Below, one piece after another: positions 19,288-28,925 of a stretch of DNA of 54,659 nt (position 1 is its first letter; each line of letters starts with the position of its first letter). The stretch is taken from the NCBI GenBank assembly GCA_903919925.1, contig CAIXKO010000012.1, positions 1-54,659 on the forward strand, in the 5' to 3' direction. The translations under genes and the position numbers were made by a program. This DNA is from an uncultured Bacteroidota bacterium. Its GTDB lineage: Bacteria; Bacteroidota; Bacteroidia; Bacteroidales; UBA12481. The notes under the pieces are model-generated. The model did not search any database, was not told the origin of the DNA, and worked only from the letters and a program-made list of their open reading frames with translations.

Positions 19288-19985
19288 AACAAGCAAAAGC
19301 AGAGATATTACTAGTTGAGGATGATCAAAACCTGGGTTTTATGCTCCAGGATTTTCTAGACCTTGAAGGGTTTAAAGTAACTTGGGAAAAAAATGGATTG
19401 ACCGGCTTGAATACTTTTAAATCCAAGCCATTTGACCTCTGTATTCTCGACGTAATGCTACCGGTGAAGGATGGGTTTACTTTGGCCGAAAATATTCAAC
19501 AATTCAAACCCGGCACTCCTTTTCTGTTTTTAACTGCCAGAGGGTTGGAGGCAGATCGAATCAGGGGGCTGAAGCTTGGCGCCGATGATTATATAACTAA
19601 ACCTTTCAGTACAGAAGAGCTCAAACTGAGAATCGATATTATTCTCCGCAGGCTCGGGAAAGAATTGGATTCAATAAAAAAAGACTTGTTCACTATTGGG
19701 TCAACCATCTTCGATTTCCCTAACCAGTTACTGCAAATGCATGGTGAAGAACGCCGACTTACAAAAAAAGAAGCGATGGTTCTCCAGATGCTTTGCCAAA
19801 GTGTAAATGAACTGGTTCGACGTGAACAACTTCTAATAAATATTTGGGGTTCTGATGATTATTTTATGGGTCGTAGCATGGATGTCTATATCGCCAAGCT
19901 TCGAAGTTATTTGAAATCCGATCCGGCCATTAATATTATTAACATCCACGGTACTGGTTTTAAATTGGAAATCAAAACATTGTGA
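19284..19985 (+). CDS. OmpR-family response regulator (RprY-like)
   Basis: LVEDD, LDVMLP, FLTA, ADDYITKPF, winged helix RSMDVYIAKLR...IHGTGFKL; ATGA overlap with the kinase. Confidence 0.94.
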   Translation: MKQAKAEILLVEDDQNLGFMLQDFLDLEGFKVTWEKNGLTGLNTFKSKPFDLCILDVMLPVKDGFTLAENIQQFKPGTPFLFLTARGLEADRIRGLKLGADDYITKPFSTEELKLRIDIILRRLGKELDSIKKDLFTIGSTIFDFPNQLLQMHGEERRLTKKEAMVLQMLCQSVNELVRREQLLINIWGSDDYFMGRSMDVYIAKLRSYLKSDPAINIINIHGTGFKLEIKTL

Positions 19986-20356
19986 CAGAAAGTGTTAGAA
20001 TAGATAAGTGGCTCTGGGCCGTTCGGATATTTAAATCTCGCAGTCTTGCAACTGACTTTTGCAAACGCGGACGAGTCCTGGTTGGAGAGGAAGCCGTTAA
20101 ACCCAGCCGGAATATCCATATCGGCGATATTATTCAGGTGAGAAAACCACCTTTGACTCTCACCTACCAAGTTACCGGTCTCATCGAAAAAAGAGGGTCA
20201 GCCACTGTTGCTGCTGATAATGTTATCGACCTCACGCCACAAGAAGAAATCGACCGCGCACGTCACTCTCAGGAAAATGCATTCTTTGTCCGTGATCGGG
20301 GGACCGGCAGACCCACAAAAAAGGATAGACGCGATATTACAAAACTGGATATCTAA
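19982..20356 (+). CDS. hslR: ribosome-associated heat shock protein Hsp15 (S4 domain)
   Basis: RIDKWLWAVRIFKSRS and GRPTKKDRR; GTGA overlap with the regulator. Confidence 0.93.
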   Translation: MTESVRIDKWLWAVRIFKSRSLATDFCKRGRVLVGEEAVKPSRNIHIGDIIQVRKPPLTLTYQVTGLIEKRGSATVAADNVIDLTPQEEIDRARHSQENAFFVRDRGTGRPTKKDRRDITKLDI

Positions 20357-20366
20357 GATTGATTCA

Positions 20367-20912
20367 ATGATTATCTCTCAACAAAAAAGATCTGAAAACA
20401 TTGCCGAATATATTCTTTATATGTGGCAAATCGAAGATCTCATCAGAGCTTTTGGTTTTGACTTTGGAAAAATTAAACGCGATCTTGCCGACAAGTACGA
20501 GGTTGAACCTATACTTAAAAATGATATTGCATTGTGGTATGAAGGGCTGATAGAATCCATGAAATCGGAACAAATCATTCATTCCGGTCATCTTGCCTTT
20601 CTTGTAGGCCTGGTCGAAGATCTGAATGATCTTCACTTCAGGTTGATCGAAAGTCCTCACCACTCCGAATACATGGCACTTTATGAAGATGCAATTATCA
20701 ATATCGGCGATTTCCGAAAAAAAATGGCTGTAAAGGAAAAAATCAGCGATATGGAAGTTTGCCTTACTGTACTTTATGGTTTCATGCTCATGAAAATGAA
20801 GAAAAGATCCATTTCCGCGGACACAGCAAGTGCAATTGAAACCATCCGGGCCTTGGTAGCACTTTTATCGCAAAAATATAAGGAATTTGAAGAGGGCACA
20901 ATTGAGGTTTGA
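20367..20912 (+). CDS. conserved Bacteroidota protein (DUF4924-like)
   Basis: ENIAEYILYMWQIEDLIRA motif; start moved to ATG 20367 to avoid overlap with hslR. Confidence 0.8.
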   Translation: MIISQQKRSENIAEYILYMWQIEDLIRAFGFDFGKIKRDLADKYEVEPILKNDIALWYEGLIESMKSEQIIHSGHLAFLVGLVEDLNDLHFRLIESPHHSEYMALYEDAIINIGDFRKKMAVKEKISDMEVCLTVLYGFMLMKMKKRSISADTASAIETIRALVALLSQKYKEFEEGTIEV

Positions 20913-20988
20913 ACATAACAATACTTTTCAAGTCCTTTCATTTTCAATAATCACTTGTGATTAATCAAAACTCCAAAGAATCTGTTCT

Positions 20989-21726
20989 TTAGAATAATAA
21001 TCCCTGCGTGAGACCAGGGTAGGTTATCTCCTGATAGACAACTGGATCCAACAATTCAGGACAATCTCTTAAAGCACCCCTTTCCGATATTTTTTTGGAA
21101 ACCGGCCAGGCTTCCATTTTCTCTTCCGAATATGGCTTTAATAAAAAGGAAAACCCATGCCCCGGATTAAGCCAGTCGCGTTCCTGATTGGCATCCAGAA
21201 TTACCGGCATCCTCTTTTTACGGTTATGGATCATCTGCATCATCGGATTTGCTGAAGTTGTAATAATGGAGAAACTGGTCAGTTCCTCCCCAGTTTCTTG
21301 GTTTTTCCATTTTTCAAAAAGTCCAGCCAAAGCAAATGGGTGACCACCTTTTATCCTTATGTAATATGGATACTTCTTACCTTCGATTTCCCGGTATTCA
21401 AAGAAACCATCAGCCAGGATAAGGCAGTGGCTGTTAACAGCTGCCCTTCGGAATGCAGGTTTATCGTAAATCGTTTCTGCCCTGGCATTTACAGTACTAC
21501 CTCTGATTTTAAGAGCCGCTACCGGATCTTTGATCCAGGAAGGAACCAGCCCCCAATTCATCAAACTGATTCCGTTTGGCCTCTCAGAACTTATCACTGG
21601 CCACTTCGGAAATTCAAAAGCATTTTGTACAAGCTTGGGACCAAAATACTCTTCCTCAACCAAGGTAATATCAAATCTCTTCTGCAATTTGGCTTTATCA
21701 GCCTGAAGGGAGAGAAAAACACACAT
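20989..21726 (-). CDS. SOS response-associated peptidase family (SRAP/YedK/HMCES) abasic-site protein
   Basis: N-terminal Met-Cys, WGLVPSW, NARAET, GFFE, IHNRKKRMPVIL. Confidence 0.92.
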   Translation of the reverse strand: MCVFLSLQADKAKLQKRFDITLVEEEYFGPKLVQNAFEFPKWPVISSERPNGISLMNWGLVPSWIKDPVAALKIRGSTVNARAETIYDKPAFRRAAVNSHCLILADGFFEYREIEGKKYPYYIRIKGGHPFALAGLFEKWKNQETGEELTSFSIITTSANPMMQMIHNRKKRMPVILDANQERDWLNPGHGFSFLLKPYSEEKMEAWPVSKKISERGALRDCPELLDPVVYQEITYPGLTQGLLF

Positions 21727-21729
21727 CGG

Positions 21730-24564
21730 CTATTTCTCAGTAAATTTCCAATAAAAAGTTTCATTCCCTTTCTTTTCCAAAGCGCTAACCCCTTTGGTCA
21801 TCCAATCCGGTGCAGGTGAACCTTTGAGATAATGATCAAAGAATTGCATCATTCTCACCGACCAGTCTTTTTTATCCGCCTGTCGGGACAGATTGTGTGG
21901 TGCTCCGTTGTAATTGATAAGCCATGCTGGTTTATTCAACCGGCGTAGTGCCACAAATAGCTGAACTCCTTCCGAGAAGGGCACAGCCCCATCAGCGTCA
22001 TCATGGCGTATCAGGCAAGGAGTAGTTATTCTGTCTGCAAAAAACAGAGGACTATTCTCTATGAAATACTCAGGCTTGTCCCAAAGGCTTCCTCCTATAC
22101 GACTCTGTGTTTTTTCATACTGGAACTGCCGCACCATTCCACTTTCTGTCCGAATTCCACCGTAAGCTGAAGTCATATTGCTAACTGGTGCCCCAGGTGA
22201 AGCTGCAGCAAAAATCCCGGTTTGGGTAATCATGTAAGCTGTTCCATATCCACCCCAGCTCTGCCCTTGTATACCAAGATGCTTCATATCAACATAATCC
22301 CGCTTGCCCAATTCCAAAATACCACTCATGATCGCATTGTAAAAGGATTTACCCGGAAATCCTACCTTGAAATGTATATCCGGCATAAAAATCAAGTACC
22401 CGTTTGATGCATATTCAAGCGGATTCACCGTACTCGCACTCGCTCTTGGACCATAAAAGGTATGCAACCCATCGGAATGACGCTCATAGAAATAAACAAT
22501 CATCGGATACTTCTTCGCCGGATCAAGGTTATCAGGCTTGTACAATAACCCCTGATGCTTCTCTCCGTTAAGGTCATTCCACTCCACTAATTCCACCCCT
22601 GCCCAAACATATTGTCCTTGCTCTGGATTGGTATTACTGATCTTTCGCCTCCCCAGAAAATCAAGGTCTCCCACCCAGAAATCAGGGAACTCACTAACTG
22701 TGCTCCTTGTCCACAAAAGTTTATCCGATTTTTTTGATTTTGTTACTCGTCCGTAAGCACAATCATCCAGCATGATCATTTTTACATCAGGATTCTCCAA
22801 CGAAAATCGGCAAAATCCGGATTTTTTATTAATAACATGCTTGGCACTGAATAAGTTGTCCTTACTGGCATCCAGGAACTTTTCATCCGGATCAGTTGGC
22901 ACATAACGAAGGCTGAGGTTATTCTTTCTTCCAAACCCATCGGTGATGCATACCGGCTGCCGTTTCCCATCAGGAGCAAATCTCCAAATGTCGAATTTAT
23001 CGTAAAGGAAGAGGTTCTCGTCGCTAGCTGTCCATCCCATGGTACCATAGCTGCCCGGATCATCAGGTGTGTCATGGATATCATCAGTAAAACCCGTCGA
23101 AATGCCTTGAGTCAGGTTCATGGTCGTTTTATCACGGATGCTATAGCTATACCAAGAACTGTCCGATGGCTCCCACCAATACAAATATTTACCTTCTGGT
23201 GAAAGTGAAGGACTAAACTCCACTTTACTAAAAAGCTTGACATCAATCCCGGAATTTAAATCTGTCAACCATACATCTTTCGTATTCTTGTAATTTATAG
23301 AATTTCCTAGTCGGTATGGGGTATCACAAAATCCTAGTGCAAAGTCGGAGTCTCCTTGTTTCACCAACCGATAACTCTCAATAAAAAGGGAATCAGCCAA
23401 CTGCACCATCTGATTCTTCTTAATGTTATAAACTGCCTGATATGTTCTTTTTCGATCCTGATCAACCTGTTTTAATTGAACACTTTGCAATACATCCTCC
23501 TGCCAATGCCAAACATCGACAGACACTTTATCATCCGCCAGAAGCGTATCCTTCTCCTCTTTTTTAGAAACTACTTGTTTCGCTGTTCCAAAAAACAATC
23601 TTTGCCCGTTTGGGGAAAAACTGATCCTGCCATTCTCGCTCACATTCATCCCTTCGGGCATTCCCTTAGTACCTTTATCAATTAGGCTCCGGGGTCTTTC
23701 ATACTTATCATTCCAATAATACAGGCTGTAGCTCTTGATTTTGGCAGTATCGGTCGAGAATAGAAAAGCCAGTTCGGTGGCATTCTCATCACATACAAGC
23801 CCCTTAACCACTCCTTCTTGAATCCAGATATCTTTTGCAAGACCGGTTTTTGTATCAAATACCCTCACTGTCGAAGTTTTTAATGAGTCTTCCTTGATGC
23901 TGACCATATATAACCATTGTCCATGCTTCGAAAAACCAAATTCCGTAACTAATGGAAAATTCTGAGAGTCACGCGTAATTGGATTCATTACAATCAATGG
24001 GAGCCCATTAAACTCAGGTTTTTTCTTAGATTTCCTGTCTTCCTTTTTCCCTTCCGGTGTCGAATCTTTCTTCTCTGGTTTAGAGTCTGACTTCACTTCT
24101 TCAAGCTGAAAAGCAATCCATGATGAGGATTCCTCCGCTAGTTTGAATGACTTAACCTGTGGAAAAACAATAAGTTTATCACTGCCTAATAGATAAATAC
24201 CCAGTGAATCCTTAGGCATTTTTTCAGTTTTAACTTTATTGATTTTGGCCTTTCTCACCGTATCTGCCTGTGGAACAATCTTAAAAACAATGAAATCAGA
24301 ATTTGGGGAAAAGTTTGGCTGGGTAGCCCTGTCGAAAACCCGCTTGTCTGTTGAATCTCCCCACCCTCTTATAAATAAATGTCCATCACCATTTTGAGGA
24401 TTCACATTCCATGCCAGCCAGTTCCCATCGTCCGATATCTGTTGTGATGAAAGACTTTTCCAGCTGTCATACAGAGTAAAATCGATTGTTTTTTTTGTGC
24501 CTTGACCAAATCCGCTGCTCACAAATAGGTTAACAGCTGCCAATAAGAAAATAAGTTTTTTCAT
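21730..24564 (-). CDS. exported S9 family (prolyl oligopeptidase/acylaminoacyl) peptidase
   Basis: Signal peptide, beta-propeller region, GQSWGG Ser, DGAV Asp, APHNL His. Confidence 0.9.
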   Translation of the reverse strand: MKKLIFLLAAVNLFVSSGFGQGTKKTIDFTLYDSWKSLSSQQISDDGNWLAWNVNPQNGDGHLFIRGWGDSTDKRVFDRATQPNFSPNSDFIVFKIVPQADTVRKAKINKVKTEKMPKDSLGIYLLGSDKLIVFPQVKSFKLAEESSSWIAFQLEEVKSDSKPEKKDSTPEGKKEDRKSKKKPEFNGLPLIVMNPITRDSQNFPLVTEFGFSKHGQWLYMVSIKEDSLKTSTVRVFDTKTGLAKDIWIQEGVVKGLVCDENATELAFLFSTDTAKIKSYSLYYWNDKYERPRSLIDKGTKGMPEGMNVSENGRISFSPNGQRLFFGTAKQVVSKKEEKDTLLADDKVSVDVWHWQEDVLQSVQLKQVDQDRKRTYQAVYNIKKNQMVQLADSLFIESYRLVKQGDSDFALGFCDTPYRLGNSINYKNTKDVWLTDLNSGIDVKLFSKVEFSPSLSPEGKYLYWWEPSDSSWYSYSIRDKTTMNLTQGISTGFTDDIHDTPDDPGSYGTMGWTASDENLFLYDKFDIWRFAPDGKRQPVCITDGFGRKNNLSLRYVPTDPDEKFLDASKDNLFSAKHVINKKSGFCRFSLENPDVKMIMLDDCAYGRVTKSKKSDKLLWTRSTVSEFPDFWVGDLDFLGRRKISNTNPEQGQYVWAGVELVEWNDLNGEKHQGLLYKPDNLDPAKKYPMIVYFYERHSDGLHTFYGPRASASTVNPLEYASNGYLIFMPDIHFKVGFPGKSFYNAIMSGILELGKRDYVDMKHLGIQGQSWGGYGTAYMITQTGIFAAASPGAPVSNMTSAYGGIRTESGMVRQFQYEKTQSRIGGSLWDKPEYFIENSPLFFADRITTPCLIRHDDADGAVPFSEGVQLFVALRRLNKPAWLINYNGAPHNLSRQADKKDWSVRMMQFFDHYLKGSPAPDWMTKGVSALEKKGNETFYWKFTEK

Positions 24565-24585
24565 TAGATTATTTCAAAAGGTTCA

Positions 24586-26004
24586 TTATCTGTTTTTTAC
24601 CAAAAGTCGTGGCTCCATCATGTCCAGCATGGCATACTTCACTCCTTCACGTCCAAACCCCGAGTCCTTGACTCCCCCATAAGGCATGTGATCAACCCGG
24701 AAAGTAGGCACATCATTTACAATAACTCCTCCAACTACCAGCTTGTCAAATGCCTCATTCATTTCATCAATCCTGTTAGTAAAAACCCCGGCTTGAAGTC
24801 CATAAATTGACTCATTTATTCGAGAAATACCCTGGGAGAAACTCCTTACCCGATCAATACACACTACCGGACCGAAAACTTCCAGGTCACAAACTTTCAT
24901 ACCCTGTTGAGTATTTGTAACTACAGTTGGTTCAAAATAAGGTCCGATTCTTCGGCCACCATGAAGAATTATTGCCCCCTGGCTGACCGATTCATCTATC
25001 CATTGCTCAACCCGGCATGCATTTGCTTCGTCTATCATAACAGACACATCTGTCATGCTATCCAGGGGATCACCTGATTTCAATTTAGCGGTGGCCTCAA
25101 TAAACCTTTTTGAAAATTCCTCAAACAGATTTTCAACTACAAAGATTCTTTGTACATGTATACACACCTGGCCTGAATAAGCAAAACCACCGGCTATACA
25201 TTTCCTTATAGCCAACTGAATATCAGCAGTATCAGAAACCAATACTCCTGCGTTACCACCCAATTCAAGAACTACCTTTTTTCGTCCGCATCTTTCCTTA
25301 ATCCCCCATCCAACTTCAGGCGAACCTGTAAAAGTGATCAGTTTTACAGCTTCCTCAGTTACTAAAAGGCTGCCGGTCTGCCTGGTCATAGGCAAAATAG
25401 ATACCGCCCCTTGAGGCAAATCACATTCATGAATGATTTTTGCTAATTCGAGCACTGTCACAGGAGTTTGGGAGGCCGGTTTTAGAATAACAGGATTGCC
25501 GGTTGCAATAGCCGGAGCCAGTTTATGGGCCGATAAATTCAAAGGGAAATTAAAAGGAGATATAGCTCCAACCAGTCCTACAGGGAAATACTTCAACCAA
25601 CCTTCCTTGCCGTCACCAGCCTGGGTCCAATCAATCGATAAAAACTCCCCTGGTATTCGTTTCGTTTCTTCTGAGGCAATATTAAATACCTGTATCGCCC
25701 TTTCAACCTCCGCTAAGGCATACCTGATTGGCTTTCCGGTCTCCTGGCAAAGCACCCGGGCCAGAAATTCCTTCTTCAAAGTCATGCCATGGGAAATCTT
25801 TAAAAGAACCTCACTTCGGCGATAGGCAGATAAAGATTTCATTCCATCTTCTGCTTTTTTAGCCTTTTCTATAACATATTTTAGTAAGACAGAATCAGCT
25901 ATACCAGTAATTGCCAATAGCTTACCATCATATGGCCGTTTGACCTCAAGCTTTTCAGTTGTTTCAACAAACTCACCTGCGGCATAAATTTTGTACTTTT
26001 CCAT
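24586..26004 (-). CDS. NAD(P)-dependent aldehyde dehydrogenase
   Basis: SPFNFP, FTGS, LELGGN, GQVC, EVFGP, PYGGVKDSGFGREG; substrate unknown. Confidence 0.93.
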   Translation of the reverse strand: MEKYKIYAAGEFVETTEKLEVKRPYDGKLLAITGIADSVLLKYVIEKAKKAEDGMKSLSAYRRSEVLLKISHGMTLKKEFLARVLCQETGKPIRYALAEVERAIQVFNIASEETKRIPGEFLSIDWTQAGDGKEGWLKYFPVGLVGAISPFNFPLNLSAHKLAPAIATGNPVILKPASQTPVTVLELAKIIHECDLPQGAVSILPMTRQTGSLLVTEEAVKLITFTGSPEVGWGIKERCGRKKVVLELGGNAGVLVSDTADIQLAIRKCIAGGFAYSGQVCIHVQRIFVVENLFEEFSKRFIEATAKLKSGDPLDSMTDVSVMIDEANACRVEQWIDESVSQGAIILHGGRRIGPYFEPTVVTNTQQGMKVCDLEVFGPVVCIDRVRSFSQGISRINESIYGLQAGVFTNRIDEMNEAFDKLVVGGVIVNDVPTFRVDHMPYGGVKDSGFGREGVKYAMLDMMEPRLLVKNR

Positions 26005-26051
26005 ACTGAATAATTGATGTTGATAAAAGTAAATAAAGTAAATTTGAAACT

Positions 26052-26741
26052 ATGCGTTATTCAACAATTGCTGTTGTCACTTTGCTTTACTTTTCCTGCG
26101 GATTCGCACAAGTTGACTCCGTTAAAAGGGTAAAGTATTCTCCGGAATTTCAGTTTTCCTCTGGTTTGTATCTCGACTTTAGTCAGGTACGCGATAATAA
26201 CCCAATTCCATCCGTAAGGATCATATCTAATGCTGACCCTCTTGATTTTAACTTCTTTCGAAATCTCATCAAGAATAAGACAATAGGATATTTCGATGAA
26301 TTCGGTGCCCAACAGGAAATCAGCACCACAAATATTTGGGGGTACTGTCAGGATGGTAAAATCTATATTCAGTATAACGGGGAGTTTAATCGAATTCCAA
26401 TTATTGGACGCATCTGCCATTTTGTTGCTGATGTTACCATTATCGATAGTCACTATGACCCTTATTATTCCGATTACTATAACGGTGGTTATTACAATCC
26501 TTATTACTCGAGGCCATATAGCCGAACAACGAAAACTCGCGAGATGAGACAATACCTTCTTGATTTCGAGACTGGTAAGGTATTGAACTTTGATCGGGAA
26601 TCAGTCCAGGTATCTTTAATGCAAGATCCGGAACTTTACGATGAATTCATGAAAGTTAAAAAGCGCCAGCAAAACGATCTCCTATTCTTCTTCCTAAGGC
26701 GATTGAATGAAAAATACCCTGTTTTGGTACCGATCCGGTAA
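26052..26741 (+). CDS. hypothetical exported protein with Tyr-rich low-complexity loop
   Basis: 229-aa ORF filling the gap, signal peptide, HYDPYYSDYYNGGYYNPYY segment; TAAATTTG immediately upstream (26039-26046). Confidence 0.75.
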   Translation: MRYSTIAVVTLLYFSCGFAQVDSVKRVKYSPEFQFSSGLYLDFSQVRDNNPIPSVRIISNADPLDFNFFRNLIKNKTIGYFDEFGAQQEISTTNIWGYCQDGKIYIQYNGEFNRIPIIGRICHFVADVTIIDSHYDPYYSDYYNGGYYNPYYSRPYSRTTKTREMRQYLLDFETGKVLNFDRESVQVSLMQDPELYDEFMKVKKRQQNDLLFFFLRRLNEKYPVLVPIR

Positions 26742-26875
26742 GCAATACAACAAAAAAGGATTCATCACGTTACATATACAAGGACTAATATTCGTTGATC
26801 AACCCTGGAAAGCATCTGTCAGATTCCCATTTTTGATCTGGCACATGCATTTTAGTGTTACAATATGCTTTTTAA

Positions 26876-27454
26876 ATGAAATTCCGATACATCATATTAT
26901 TATTGACCTTTCTGATTAGGCCAGGTTTTCTGCCGGCCCCTGACCTCCCTCCGGATAGCAACCCATTTCTGCTGCTGGACAAAATGAGAAATGAGATTCT
27001 AAAAAACGATAAGGTACGCTACCACCTGAATTACAAACAATTCAAGAAAACTTTAGCCAAATATGAATCCAACTGCAACTGGAAAGAGTATAACCGGTTT
27101 GGATTCATCGGAAAGTACCAATTTGGCAAGAGCGCTCTCGATGCTACAGGCTATGGTCACATCAATTTCGAGTCCTTTAAATCGAATCCTTACCTGTTTT
27201 CTGAAAAGGACCAAGAAATAGCGATGGATGTACTCCTGAATATTAACGAAACAGTAATGCAGAAATCGATCAATAGGTATGTCGGTTTCATCATGCTTGA
27301 TTCTATTCGGATAACAAGACCTGGGATTTTGGCTGCTGCTCATCTGGCAGGCCCTGCTAATGTTAAAGAATTCCTGGATTCTTACGGGCAGAAAAATGCA
27401 CGGGATCGAATGGGCACCAATATCTCAGACTATCTTAATATTTTCTCCCGTTAG
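26876..27454 (+). CDS. lysozyme-like/lytic transglycosylase-fold exported protein
   Basis: Hydrophobic N-terminus, ES motif followed by GFIGKYQF, and LAAAHLAG(P) motif resembling SLT motifs. Confidence 0.65.
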   Translation: MKFRYIILLLTFLIRPGFLPAPDLPPDSNPFLLLDKMRNEILKNDKVRYHLNYKQFKKTLAKYESNCNWKEYNRFGFIGKYQFGKSALDATGYGHINFESFKSNPYLFSEKDQEIAMDVLLNINETVMQKSINRYVGFIMLDSIRITRPGILAAAHLAGPANVKEFLDSYGQKNARDRMGTNISDYLNIFSR

Positions 27455-27496
27455 CATCCATCTGGATTCACAATTCCACGAGTCCCATTTTTATGC

Positions 27497-27504
27497 TATT
27501 TTTG
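27497..27504 (+). promoter_or_regulatory. -7 promoter element (TATTTTTG) for hisS-hutH
   Basis: Exact TAnnTTTG match 19 bp before the ATG. Confidence 0.55.
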
Positions 27505-27523
27505 CTGCTAACCAGCATTTACT

Positions 27524-28921
27524 ATGAATCAGAAACCATCAATACCTAAAGGGACACGCGATTTCGGGCCTCTTCCGATGATGCGTCGTAATTATATTTT
27601 CAATACTATCCGATCCGTTTTTCAGCTTTATGGATACCTCCCGATAGAAACCCCGGCAATGGAGAATCTTGATACGCTGATGGGTAAATATGGTGATGAA
27701 GGTGATAAATTGGTGTTTAAGATCCTTAACTCTGGCGATTTTGCTAGTGGAATTGGTGAAGAACAACTTCAAAAGCTGGTTGAACATCCTGAATCTTCTC
27801 CACTAATCAGCAGGGTTCTTGCTTCACGGATTTCAGAGAAAGCTTTACGTTACGATCTAACAGTACCTTTTGCACGGTTTGTTACCCAGCATCGTGATGA
27901 AATAGTTTTTCCTTTTAAACGGTTCCAAATACAACCAGTTTGGCGAGCCGATCGCCCTCAAAAAGGCCGATATCGTGAGTTTTACCAATGCGATGTAGAT
28001 GTGATTGGCAGTGACTCACTCCTCAATGAAGCCGAACTGTTCAAAATAATCGATGAGGTTTTCTGTAAACTGGGACTTAGGGTAATTATCAAAATCAATA
28101 ATAGGAAGATTCTGGCCGGTCTTGCTGAAGCTTCTGGTTTAGCCGCAAACGTTACTGATTTTACCGTAACCTTGGATAAATTGGATAAGATTGGTATTGA
28201 TCAGGTAAAAAAAGAGTGGGTTTCAAGAGGAATATCCGATGAATCAATCGAAAAGTTAACACCCATCATCAGCAAAGCAGGATCTAATAATGAAAAAATT
28301 ACTGGTCTGAAAGATTTTCTTCATGCTTCTGCCATCGGATTAAAAGGAATTCAGGAGCTTGAAACCCTTTTTAATCTTATCCAAAAGTTCAAACTTACTG
28401 CTCCTGTCGAGCTAGACCTTACTCTTGCCCGTGGCCTGAATTATTATACCGGCGCTATAATAGAAGTAAAATCCCTTGATATCCAGATTGGTTCTATTTG
28501 TGGGGGGGGGCGCTATGACGACCTTACCGGGATTTTTGGAATGCCCGGCGTATCCGGTGTTGGAATTTCTTTTGGAGCTGACCGCGTTTATGATGTCCTG
28601 GACCAAATTAACGCCTTTCCGGCATTTGCCCAAACCGGTACTCAGGTACTATTCCTGAATTTTGGACTTGATGAGGTAGCTGTTTGCCAACCTTTAGCGG
28701 ATAGCATAAGAGCCAATGGTGTCAGATGTGAATTGTATCCTGATCCAGTAAAAATAAAAAAACAACTTCAGTATGCCGATCAGAACCATATCCCCGTTGT
28801 TGTAATGATTGGCGAAACCGAAAGAAATATCAGCAAGGCCTTAGTAAAAATCATGTCAACTGGCGAGCAGAAAAATGTGGACTTTTCGGAACTGGCAACC
28901 GAAATCCTGAAAATCATCTGA
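27524..28921 (+). CDS. hisS: histidyl-tRNA synthetase
   Basis: [41 protein letters not shown]. Confidence 0.97.
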   Translation: MNQKPSIPKGTRDFGPLPMMRRNYIFNTIRSVFQLYGYLPIETPAMENLDTLMGKYGDEGDKLVFKILNSGDFASGIGEEQLQKLVEHPESSPLISRVLASRISEKALRYDLTVPFARFVTQHRDEIVFPFKRFQIQPVWRADRPQKGRYREFYQCDVDVIGSDSLLNEAELFKIIDEVFCKLGLRVIIKINNRKILAGLAEASGLAANVTDFTVTLDKLDKIGIDQVKKEWVSRGISDESIEKLTPIISKAGSNNEKITGLKDFLHASAIGLKGIQELETLFNLIQKFKLTAPVELDLTLARGLNYYTGAIIEVKSLDIQIGSICGGGRYDDLTGIFGMPGVSGVGISFGADRVYDVLDQINAFPAFAQTGTQVLFLNFGLDEVAVCQPLADSIRANGVRCELYPDPVKIKKQLQYADQNHIPVVVMIGETERNISKALVKIMSTGEQKNVDFSELATEILKII

Positions 28922-28925
28922 AGTT

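Noticed and set aside
20208-20366. 53-codon N-terminal extension of the DUF4924-like ORF overlapping hslR
   Set aside because: The recognisable family sequence begins at ATG 20367, and the extension is an open alternative frame of hslR.
21724-21732. S9 peptidase TAG is in frame with the SRAP ATG (TAG CCG ATG), suggesting amber read-through fusion
   Set aside because: SRAP needs a free N-terminal Cys and the peptidase is exported. The same 3-bp spacing occurs at korA-korB, udk-esterase and map-infA, so it is ordinary operon packing.
21298-21819. 173-aa antisense ORF, and similar ones such as 2486-2965, 26061-26552, 33970-34398 and 46959-47381
   Set aside because: They are shadows of well-supported genes on the opposite strand with no recognisable motifs.
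28502-28510. G9 homopolymer as a possible phase-variation tract
   Set aside because: It encodes the conserved GGG of the GGGRYD motif in the essential hisS and the frame is intact.
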